A stretch of DNA of 63,941 nucleotides, filler included, from Octopus bimaculoides (Eukaryota), in assembly GCF_001194135.2 (NCBI RefSeq). It is 6 parts of 5 records of this genome, joined end to end, with 100 filler letters (N's around TTAATTAATTAA, not from the genome) between each part and the next. Parts side by side here need not be neighbours in the genome. Positions count along the whole stretch, not along the records: positions 1 to 23,662 come from NC_068981.1; 5 more parts are not named here. One strand, 5' to 3'. Below the pieces are notes generated by a model that was not told where the DNA came from, ran no database searches, and saw only the letters and a program-made list of their open reading frames with translations. This document shows positions 1 to 11,599 of the stretch, in pieces (position 1 is the first letter of the stretch; each line of letters begins with the position of its first letter). The translations under genes were made by a program, and so were the position numbers.

Positions 1-1896
1 GATCTATAACGATGGCTTTTATTTAGGCACATCGTAAAGGTAATTATAAGGAATTGCTTAATATAAAGAAAAGTATGATTTTTTTTTCATGCAAATACAA
101 TTAGAAAAAATATTTGCCATTTCAAGTCATCACTAAAAACAAAGCTCATCAATTTTTGAATGAAATAATAATTTTATTCTTTTATTCTAAGTTGTAAATT
201 TTGCCCGAGAAATAAAGCAAATAATCGCCAAATGCATTGTTAAAAATCTGCAACTCGATAGCAAATGTCTCCAAATTGATTAGAAACGCATAAATTTAAT
301 AATAATGACGCTAAATAAAATTTGGTCGAGAAATACCAAAGAAACTATTTTATATCAACAAAAAACAGACACGTACCTTTATACAGAACAGATTGTACTC
401 AAGTGAAACATTCCAAATACACAGAGTTGAAACGCTGTTGGATTTTTCTTTTCAGCGTTGAATGTTAACCATCCCATTTCCATTGCGCGGGCACATGCAC
501 ACACGCACAAACACGCGCGCACACACACACATTCACATTCCCCCATTTTTACATACATGCACATATATTCACACAGAGTTGAAACGCTGACATCACCTCT
601 TCCTTCCTTATTCATCTATCACCACTTCCTTCCTCATTCATAAATACAGGAGTATTATCATAGGAGATTATCTCAGTAACCATGGGAGCTATGAACAAAT
701 AAATAAATAAATAAAAGCCCAGCATCACCACCCGATCATTCTATATATCTGTGTAATTTTTCGCGCAATTCTACCCAGTCGTTTGACCGTGAATCGCAAG
801 ACAAGAAGGAATCGCCCGTGTCAAATTTATATGTATATACAAACACACACACACACACACACATATACACATACATATATAATTATATATGTGTATATAT
901 ATATGTATATACACACACGCGCACGCACACACACACACACACATATATAATTGTTAAAGAGGACAACAAACGCTAAGACAAGACGAACATCTCAAGTCAT
1001 TTACGTTATTATTATTGGAAAAATTGAGAGTCTTACAGCTGTTTCTGGGATATCCCAAAGTATGGGATATTCCATCATCGGAGACAAATAGGGAAAATGT
1101 GAAGGGTATATATAGATTAATGAAACGATGACATAGAGGACAGGAGAAAAGGAAGAAAGAAATGAAGAAAAAGAAGAAAAAAAGAAGCATAAAAGTTCAC
1201 AGTTCAACTTTCCCATAGAGTAGATATTAGCCCATAAGTCCTTAGGTGTAATCCTGTGTAAATTCCTGTATGGTTATAGCCTTGATAGAGTAAATATCCA
1301 GAGATATGTTCATATTGGAGCTTCGCCGCGAATGCCAAGCAGTACAGCTTGTCATTTCCAAATTTCTGGCAGAGTGAATTGCGTCATAGTGCTGTTTTTC
1401 TCACAGACGGTGCCCAACCGATCCTACCATATTGTGTAGTCAAAAAAATCAAAAACAAACAATGCACAAGCGCGAAATTAAACATACAAAATGGCAACAA
1501 TTTACCCATCGCACCCTGTCTTGTTCTCACTGTCCTGTTCTTGTTTCCACATTCACCCTCCGCAAAAAAAATTCCAAATTTTATTTAATTTGCTTTGCGG
1601 GAAGGACTGTTCCAACGAAGTCGCGTATTGTCCTTGCCTTCGAAACGCGGAGTAGATGGAACAGGGACAACTGAAGAAGGGAAATATTTTTTATGTTGCA
1701 TGTCTCGTTTCTGTTTTTTTTCGTTGTTCGAAAAGAAGTTCGTTTTCTGTCTTCGTTTCTCATTGTGTTTAACGTTTTTTGTGATGACCTGTACCCATAT
1801 ATGCATGTATGTATACATATAGATGTAGGTATGTACATATATGTATGGATATATGCATATAGTTATATATCATTTATGTTATTTTATATATATATT

Positions 1897-1945
<49 letters not shown>

Positions 1946-3086
1946 TACATATATGTGTGTGTGTGTGTATAGATATATATGTAAATATGTACGTATGCAT
2001 GTATATATGTGTATATATATGTGTGTGTGTGTGTGTGCGTGTAGATATATATGTAAATATGTACGTATGTATGTGTATATATATAGATATCTACATATAT
2101 GAGTGTAGACATATATGTAAATATGTACGTGTGTGTGTGTGTGTTTAGTGTTATAGCATCACTATATCTTTTGCAGAAAAAAAAAGGAAAGAAAAAACAA
2201 AAGAAAGCTTTTACTTTAAGAGATTATAAATGAAAACTGCTGGTTGTTGTAGCAAGTGTAATGTTACAACATGGCACCGGAAGTCGATGTTGAAATAATG
2301 TCAACACAAGCGACAACTGAAAGGAAATAACGTAAAATTTAAAGTTCGTCAACTTGACGAAAACGAAGTGTGTCTAGCTTAAAAATAAAGAAATTCTAAT
2401 ACTCTCTATGACTTGAAACAGAACAAATATGATAGTCAGATTCTCTGTGTGGCTCTTTTTGGTCCTTCAGCTTGCTAGAAAAAGCAGGACAATTTCACTT
2501 CAATTTTACCCTTACTGTCTTTAGAAATATAACATTAGACGAAGTTGGGATAATATAATGTTAGATGTGTTTAATAAAAGATGGGATAGTCACGACTGGA
2601 ACAATTTTGATATTGTCTATTCAATTAAAGCAGATCTAGGTTAAAACAACAGCAGTCGAACCGATTCATTCTGCGGAATCTTCCAAAAGAAATTACTAAA
2701 CGCTAACAAAAGAACATATTGAAAAAATAAATAATAAGCGAATCCGATCCGGCACAATTTCGTGTCACATTTAACTGATTTAATTTTTTTGGATACCTTA
2801 CAAGTTCAGTTTTTCTCTTAACAACCATCGGAGCGCCAAGCGCTCCTCACGAACAGAAGTTCGTGAGATGGTTGTGATTTGTAAACTGTTTTGAGTACGA
2901 ACCGGAAAGAGACGTATGAACATGCAATACGCATGTCGAAAGAAAACGGAAGAGAATAAAAACGCAATGCGAATGTCAAACAAGTTACATGATTGCCTGC
3001 ATGCTACGTCTGACATCACCATCACCCAGCTTTGCTGAAATTTTCCTGTTTTAAAAAAAAATTTCCGTTTTTATTCTTTTCTATCA

Positions 3087-3290
3087 TTTTGGCACAAGGC
3101 CAGCAATTTTGGAGGAGCGAGTAAATTGATTACATCAACCCCAGTGTTTAATTGGTACTTATTTTGTCAACCCTCAAAAGATGAAAAGTAAAGTCGATTT
3201 CGGCGGAATTTGAACTCAGAATATAAAGCCGGACTAAATACCGGAGAAGCATTTTGCCCGGCGTGCTAATGATTCTGCCAGTTCGCCGCT
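3087..3290 (-). mobile_element. tRNA-derived SINE, family B
   Basis: Minus-strand head tggcagaatcattag (A box) and gagttcaaattcc (B box). Related copies near 15420-15550, 17600-17765, 43651-43805, 49945-50095 and 55417-55622. Confidence 0.8.
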
Positions 3291-4306
3291 AGAAAAGTCA
3301 CCCATCTTGACAAGTACAATATTCAATGCTAACTTTCAGAAATTCGGCTGTTTAGCATTAAGAGAAAGATATCTGTTGTAATGACATTTGATAAACTACT
3401 TTCAAGCATTTACATATACGTATACTTTTGGATTTTAATGGATTATTTTGGTTTGATTATCAATCCCGCACCTGTATTTAGCTAAAACTAAAAGATCGCA
3501 GTCATTTTCCTACTGTTTACTTTTGAAAATTGTTTTTTACTTTTTAAAGGAATTACTTTCCTTCAGAATTAAAATTTCTATCTTTTCTACGTAAGCTGAA
3601 GCACAAGTTTGAGAAACAGTATTATTTTAGTGAAAAGCCAAACTTTTAGATGAGATGCTAGACAGTCATGTTAAAATAGACTAAATTGTTGCATGTCGTA
3701 TTTCTATACTCTACGTAGGTTTTAGTACACGGGACTGACAAATACAGGCTATATCATCATTTATGCTAACCAATCTCTATTGAATTTTTGACAGATGTCG
3801 CGTCGCTGTTTCGACAGAAATTATCATGTACCAGCATACCGTTTTTGTTTAAAAAAATTTCATGTCATTTTTAGAATGTCTACTAAATTTAACCATAACA
3901 CTATTTCCTTGTTCCGACCTCGCGTCACGTTTCGTTTTGTGATGCCAATATATTATCGTCTGATCAACGTTATAGTGTCGTGCTGGTTGAATGGGTATTT
4001 ATAGTTAGGTATTAAATTTAGCTGCGTATGTCCCATAATAAATCAACTCCAAACGTTGTTTAAATAACACTTATTTTTATCGAAGTATATTACAATATAT
4101 ACAATTTTAATTGTAGCTTACCAATAGTGTAAAGTGTGTGTTAAAAACGAATGCAGTTTGTAAATTATATTACTAACAGAACGGATTAGCATCGAGTGAA
4201 AGGCGCGAATAATGCTTTGATCATCCTAGTTGAAGAATCCTTTAACCTGAGCTTCAACCAAGGAAAACTTGATGTAAAGGGATCGTTGCTTGTGCTTCTG
4301 AAGTAC

Positions 4307-4350
<44 letters not shown>

Positions 4351-4592
4351 TATTACTAATGTAGCGAGACCCATTTCTATTAAAACATTTCGACTAGCCT
4401 TTTATAGGCTCCAAACGTTAATCTTTAATAATTGGTCGTTTGACCTATCATGTGGGCTTAGAGCATTTTGGTTGTGTCCTATATTTTGATTGGTCGAATA
4501 TTGAGCGGAATATGGATCTCGGATTCAAACACGTTGTGCGTAATATTTTCTAAAGAACTAACCTGAATTGTCGCTGGGAGCCTACGTCTTTC

Positions 4593-5136
4593 TATATATA
4601 ATTTATATAAGGGCATTACTATATAATAATGCCTCACGCTTAGAGGGACTAAATAAGTCAAAACTACCAAAAATAAGCACATATTTACCGAAAGCGAGGG
4701 AATGCAATTTTTCAAAGTTAACTTCCTAAAAACATTTAACTTAACGGCAAACCACTGGTTTCATAATTAATACAGCAATGACTATGTAGTAAGCTGCATC
4801 TTTTATTCATCAGTGCACGTATGGTCGAGACACATAAAGAATAAACAAAAATCAACATACCCTGATGTACCCAACACAGTACGATTACTTCTGTTCATCC
4901 CTATATATCCGTGAAAGAGGCTGGCTTTTTCAAATTGCATCTCGGTAACACGTGCTTTTACAGAATAATATTCAGTACTGAATATATTCTAATTATTTAT
5001 AATATAATATAGGATAAAATCTTTATAAGAATTTATCAAGTAGTCAGCGTGCTTATATTTGGTAGTTTTGACTTATTTAGTCCCTCTAAGCGTGAGGCAT
5101 TATTATATAGTAATGCCCTTATATAAATTATATATA
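4593..5136. mobile_element. Foldback/MITE-like structure with 88-bp inverted arms
   Basis: 4593-4680 and 5049-5136 are reverse complements with one mismatch; TATATA ends. Confidence 0.65.
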
Positions 5137-6299
5137 TTTACGGAAAAAAACGATGGGTTTTTTCACGCTGACTACTTGATAAATTCTTTCTATATATATA
5201 TATAGCCTCAACAAAATCTCTGTGACAGAGAGGTGAGGGAATTCCAGGAGGACGAGATATGATATTCTCCTGCTGTTATAACGAAGCATTTGTAACCAAC
5301 GACGGCCAGAGCTGAATTATCCAAACGATGGATAAACTATACAACCATTATGATCCGTGATGTGTTATTTGGTCCACTGTATAATTTGGCAGAGAAATAA
5401 AGTCTAGCTGTTATTTTAAAGTTTGTTTCATGTATTATTTCCACAACTTAACATCCAACACATGTTATATGATGGTATCCAAAATTCCGTCGTAAATCAC
5501 CCAGCTAAACTAAGAATTGATTCGTTATTATATGTGTGGCGAGAGGTGAGGATATTGTGTTCATAGGTACGTGCTCGGTGAAGTGCTGCGATAACGAAGT
5601 AATTCTTTTAAACACAGGTCGCGCAGGGTCCAAGCATCCTGAGTTCGTCTATCATCCCTGGAATCTGCTCGAACTTCTGCGATAGTTCTAGCGAGCTTTC
5701 GCTTTTATATACCCCTTTGTGCGGGAGCCTCAGAACATTCTATGATATGGGTGATATTTCGACTTCTTTATTTTGTAGAGCCTCCACCCTTTGCTAATTA
5801 TAAGAAACTAGCATGTGTAATATTTGTTTTACAATTAGCATCTGCTAAACTTGAATGTTACGCCATTACAAAAAATGCACATGCTAAAATGGCAAAGAAG
5901 AAATAGTGTGGTTTCGCCTATCGGTTTCGAAAGACTGATATCTAATACAAGACAGTCGTAGTGGGTACGGGAGCAGGCTAGGAATACACTCTGAACCCCC
6001 AAAAAATTTCTTATAGATTTAGTCGAGTTGGCAAGGTACTGGTTAATCAATCGCGTGGTCAACGGTTTGTAACTCGTGTCCGTGACAGAGGAACTCGATA
6101 TTGAAAAAACAGAATAAATCTAACTCCAAATATGTACCATAGAATGGGATAGTTGTCTATCGAAGTTGACAACTGCTTGGTATTGTTGTTAATGATTCAG
6201 TGATTTGCAATTCTTTTTAACTCCAGGTAAAGCAGATTAAAGCGCTAGTTCTAGGTATTCGCGTAATATGGAAAAGTGTCTGCTCCTGAGAATGTGGAG

Positions 6300-6762
6300 G
6301 ACTATCGGAGTCAGAGAGCTTGGGACAACATAATTTCGAAGGCCACCTTCGACTGCCTCTTCATCCAGTCGGACAAGTTTTTAAGGTGCTGCTTACTGTC
6401 TGCTAGCGCCAAATACTAAGGTGCCTGGATTGATGCCATCCCTGTGGATAATGTTGGTGATCTACTCAGCTTGGACGGCACAGGTTCGATCTGTCGTTGT
6501 GGCAAGCTCCTCGACTCCACAGGCCTCCATGGCCTTTCTTGCCGCCTGAATGCTGGTCGCTTCGCTCGTCATTCGCAGTTGAACCTGATATTCAAGAAGA
6601 GCTTGGCCCGGGCAAACGTCCCCTCCATCTTGGAACCGTCTGGATTGTCCAGATGTGATGAGAAGAGACCTGACGGCCTCAACCTGTGTCCCTGGTCGCA
6701 AGGCAGATGCCTTGTCTGGGATGTTATAGTTAGCGACTCCTTTGCTTCTCACATCCTGAAGT
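6300..6762 (+). mobile_element. Fragment of CRE-clade non-LTR retrotransposon (CCHC zinc knuckle and restriction-like endonuclease)
   Basis: GAWIDAIP...CRCGKLLDSTGLHGLSCRLNAGRFARHSQLNLIFKKSLARANVPSILEPSGLSRCDEKRPDGLNLCPWSQGRCLVWDV shows the C-C-H-C knuckle plus RH and RPDG...WD motifs. Upstream stops indicate a fossil. Confidence 0.85.
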
Positions 6763-9254
6763 GAGTCATGTTTAGATGGTATGGATATCATGGTTGTGGA
6801 TTTGTAGGGAACGACCGTGCGAACTCAAAAAGGAGAAATGGTGACGAATGGAAAAACAGAGGACTCCTTTTATTTAAACGTGTCACACGGTCGAACACAA
6901 AATATAATATCAATGATGATATACATGATATGTTATACGACGATAACATAGATGGCCAGTAATGAAAGACCACAACCGTATTAGATGAATAACAGAGATA
7001 TTTATTATGGCGTTAAAGATGTATGTCTGTGTGAGAGTGTGAATGCGACATATAAGAACATAATCAAAGACAGGCCGTCGTACAAAGAAAAGTATGTATG
7101 TGAGTGATACATGTATGTGTATGTGTATTATTACAGCAGATAGAAAGAGTCAGTAAATAACACGTGAGCATTTTATACCAGTTCTTGTGTACCCAATAGT
7201 ATGAGTCTGTATGTGAAAGGAGGGGAGGCTGAGTGTGGCAGAGCTGATCACTAGTCGTGATGTCGTGGCATCGATGCCGGGCCGTGATTCTTGTTATACA
7301 GATGNNNNNNNNNNNNNNNNNNNNNNNNNNNNNNNNNNNNNNNNNNNNNNNNNNNNNNNNNNNNNNNNNNNNNNNNNNNNNNNNNNNNNNNNNNNNNNNN
7401 NNNNNNNNNNNNNNNNNNNNNNNNNNNNNNNNNNNNNNNNNNNNNNNNNNNNNNNNNNNNNNNNNNNNNNNNNNNNNNNNNNNNNNNNNNNNNNNNNNNN
7501 NNNNNNNNNNNNNNNNNNNNNNNNNNNNNNNNNNNNNNNNNNNNNNNNNNNNNNNNNNNNNNNNNNNNNNNNNNNNNNNNNNNNNNNNNNNNNNNNNNNN
7601 NNNNNNNNNNNNNNNNNNNNNNNNNNNNNNNNNNNNNNNNNNNNNNNNNNNNNNNNNNNNNNNNNNNNNNNNNNNNNNNNNNNNNNNNNNNNNNNNNNNN
7701 NNNNNNNNNNNNNNNNNCACGGAACAGTCTCTAAGAGAAACTGAACCGAGACAAACTTGCTGGGTATGAGTTGATCTATTTAAGGCGTTAAGGGGGCTCC
7801 AAGACGGGAGTAGGAAAACACTATCACGTGACCTTATTAAGGGCTGTGATTGGTCAGTTTGCGTTCTGGCGGGAAAGGTTCGAAGAATTTGCCGCTTCAA
7901 ATAATAATCAGTCACGTGATGACAAGGCTGGTGTTTTCCACTACGCTCGCTTGTTTATATTTAAATGAGAAGATTGTATGTAATGGCGATAGCAGTTTTG
8001 TATCTAATGGCGATAAGTAGTTTCACTACAGATTCATCTAAATAACTACCGTATTGTTATATGTTGTGAAGCAATATTGTAAGAAAGAAGAAAATAAATG
8101 AATTAAGACCAGTAAGATAGCAATTGTATATTGTAGTGGTGTTGATCGCCCCTCCCCCACTGCCTGATGCAATGAAAAGGCTCGACCACAACGTCCTTGA
8201 CCTCTAATACGAAACGAAAGCGATGCAGAGAATGGAAGCATCTTAACAGCCGCACGTGTAAGCAATGATTATAGAATATACTGTAAAATGGTAATTAAAT
8301 CTGTTTAATTAAGCTTAATAGTCCTCACATGTAAACAATATATATATATACACACACACACGCACTATAAAATTAATTAAATCAGTTTAATCAACCCAAG
8401 TGTTTTATGTTTATGAAATATATTAATATTATAAAATGGTAATTAAGAAATTGTAATTAATCTTAGTAATCACCACGTGTAACAATGCTCATAAAGAAAT
8501 ATATTGTGAGTCGAGTCGTTGCTAAGAAAGCTTCCATTCCCAACGTCAGTTTGGCATCAAAAGTCAAGGTCGATGTGCTTGACTTTTTCACGCATGACAA
8601 GACTGTCATCAAAGGTGTTTCAAATGACTGCCCCATCATTTTTTTTTTGTTTTTTAGCAATATTGTCTCTAATATTATTTACGTCCTTTCGTTTTCTATT
8701 TTTCGGACTGTGTGTATAGGAATATATTATAAAATGTGTCTGTGTTGATTTAAAGGTGATGAAGTGTGATTTGAAGGATGTTCTAGCAAAACAAATGACA
8801 ACTTTCTTTGTAGCCGTTTCCAGTATTAATTGAACAGACGAATGTATCAAGCATTTCAGCCATAATTATATTATTTACCCCTGATTTTATAGATAATGTA
8901 TCGTGAAGTACATCATCCGATGTGTTTTATTTTTAAGACGCCTAGATGTGGGTTAGTGGGATAGTTTGCTACTGATATCAAGTCGAACAACCCCATAAAG
9001 ACTTCTTCCTTAGTTCGTCCTTTGGAGCTTATTTTCTGATTCGAAGCTTCGTTAGTTCTTCACAATGAGTTATAGTATTTTAGAAACTCAATGTTACTTG
9101 CGATTTCTGAATGTATTCAAGGGGGTCTGTTTTCACTTCGCATGAATTGAACTATTACAATAGTATAACGTACACTTTTTTTTTTCGTAATTCTTCGTAA
9201 AAAAGGTTTTATTAGGCAAAAAAAATTACATACCTGTTCGACCGCTTCAAGCAT

Positions 9255-9415
9255 AACCTTAGCCTACACCCTAACTCTAAATTCGAATTCTAACCCTGAA
9301 TCCTAAAACATGATTCTAACCCTAAATCTTAAACCCTAATTCTAACCCTAAACCCCAACTCTAACTTTAAACACTAAACTCTAATTTTAAATCCAAACCC
9401 TAACGCTAAACCTTA
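9255..9415. repeat. Degenerate (CCCTAA)n telomere-like array
   Basis: Repeated aaccctaa / aactctaa / aaccctga variants. Confidence 0.7.
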
Positions 9416-9769
9416 TCTCTTTCTCTAAACAAACTGTACGTTAGGGTTTCGAATTCTAAACCCTAGCGTACAGTTTGTTCTGTATAATTTGGCAAAAAGA
9501 TTTCGTTGAAGATTTTTTTCCATTAATGCCAGTTAAATTGTTTCACATGACTTTATTCATTAGAACTTATTAAAATTATAAAACTTCTTACAATGTTTTG
9601 TTTTCATTTTGTGTATCACAAATACCAGCTTCCAAATTCTCTTTTCTGATTGGGTAAATATCATCAAACTTTAAACTATACCAATACGTCAAATATGAAA
9701 TCAAGTGGAACAAAAATTGAAGAAATTGAAAAGTGGCTGCCAAACAGAAAAGATCCTGTGCTTGCGCCA

Positions 9770-9951
9770 TCGACTTTGTTTCCTCATAATTTTCAGAAAA
9801 ATGGATATTAAAAAAAAAAAAAAAATTCCTACCTTTTAGAAGGTGCAAATTTTGATTATGTCGTGATTTGTTGTAAAAAGTTCTTTCTCTTTTTTTTTTT
9901 TTGAGGAGTGACGAGTCGACTTTGTTTCCTCATAACTTTCAGAAAAATGGA
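9770..9951. repeat. Locally duplicated motif of an interspersed, probably DNA-transposon-derived repeat
   Basis: tcgactttg...cataa(c/t)tttcagaaaaatgga occurs at 9770-9806, 9916-9951 and 61363-61400. Confidence 0.55.
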
Positions 9952-10392
9952 CATTTTTTTAAATGAATTATTCTACAAATACCTTTCAGATGGTGTAGAT
10001 TACGATTATATCGAAATTCAATGTAAAAAGAGAAAAACAAATTGTAGGTGTGCACACATACATATGGATACACATTACATAAATATATGTACAAAATAAA
10101 TCTTCAAATTTTCTAAAGATTTTATTAAAAAAATATTCATTTGTCTAAAAGTTATTAAGAAACAATGTCGGGTATACAGTACACTTGTGTAGGTATGTCT
10201 CGTTTTTATTACTAATTTCATATTTTCATTTAATATCTTTCATTTATACATCTGTGTCCCCCCTCCCAACAAAAGCAGAACAGATTGCTTGTGACCAGCA
10301 GTTCTGACTTCCAGTTTCTCAAAAATAGTCTCATCTGATTGGCTGAAATTTCTATTCTAAGTCTACAAACTTCTTTAGTTTTAATTTCTGGG

Positions 10393-10423
<31 letters not shown>

Positions 10424-10426
<3 letters not shown>

Positions 10427-10625
10427 TCATCATCATCATCATCGTTTAACGTCTGCTTTCCATGCTAGCATGGGTTGGACGATTTGACTGAGGACTGGTG
10501 AAACCGGATGGCAACACCAGGCTCCAGTCTGATTTGGCAGAGTTTCTACAGCTGGATGCCCTTCCTAACGCCAACCACTCAGAGAGTGTAGTGGGTGCTT
10601 TTACGTGTAACCCGCTTTTACGTGT
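10424..10625 (-). mobile_element. Truncated RTE 3' tail
   Basis: (CAT)n-cgtttaacgtctgctttccatgctagcatgggttggacg is the reverse complement of the tail at 34300-34440. Confidence 0.85.
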
Positions 10626-10717
10626 CATATATATATATAGGGTAGCAAATATTTTTACAAATTTCACTACCAGTAGCCTAGCATGTATAAAAGTCAGTAG
10701 ACGACATATTATTCAAT

Positions 10718-11144
10718 ATAAAATAGTATACATTTAAACACGAGAGAAATTACCTCTAACAGGCAATTTCAACATGCAAGGAGACAGTCAAAAATCGTTT
10801 CGGCACTTTTCATTTTCTGCCAACAGGAAACTGCGTTTGCATGGTGGATTTTGTAAAAAATTATAGCATATAACGATGGGACACGTGCTATTTGTCTCAT
10901 AATTATAGGTTAGTCTTGGATGGCTTGGTTACTGATGAGAATTTGCCTAGTAAATTATTTTATTTACTAAAAAAATTTGAAACCTATAGGTATAACCGTA
11001 AAAACAAGGTAAAAGTTTTTATTTTGTCATTCCCTTTGAAATTGCTTAAATTTTGTGGTTTTCGGTAGTTTTGACTGTCTCCTAGTGTGTAGAAATTGCC
11101 TGTTATATGTAATTTCTCTTGTGTTTAAGTGTACACTATTTTAT
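10718..11144. mobile_element. MITE with about 80-bp imperfect inverted arms
   Basis: ataaaatagtatacatttaaacacgagagaaattac...ggagacagtcaaaa pairs with ttttgactgtctcc...gtaatttctcttgtgtttaagtgtacactattttat. Confidence 0.7.
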
Positions 11145-11599
11145 ATATATATACTATGATGATTTTTGCAATTAGCATAAAAAACTACATGTGTAAAGAT
11201 TAAAAAAAATTTCGGATATGGTGTGTGAAACACCGGATTTACTTCAAATTGAGGATAAATAAATAAATAATAAAAGGCAGGAAAATTTAGAAACAAAAAA
11301 AGTGGGGATAAGGTGAATTAAAATTTTGAAAGGATTTGGGGGGCAAAATTTTAATCTGTACTCTGAGGAAAACCTACAAATCTGAAGAAATTTAAAACAG
11401 AAAATAGCAGCAATATTATTCTGTGACATGCCCACCCAGAGGAGGAACACGCACGCATACATGCATGTATGCATATCTATAATTAAATGTAGAGGAGAAT
11501 GAAGACATATGTAAATTCAAATAAATGTATGCTCATAATACATACTGAAAGGCACCTTGCTGAATGCATCGTCATCATCACCATCATCTCCACCATCAC

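Noticed and set aside
1693-2148. 151-aa ORF and many similar Y/I/C/V/H/T-rich ORFs
   Set aside because: Translations of (TA)n, (TG)n and (CA)n microsatellites.
4200-4275. Possible pre-miRNA hairpin (tcctagttgaag / cttcaaccaagga)
   Set aside because: Only about 12 imperfect pairs and a large loop.
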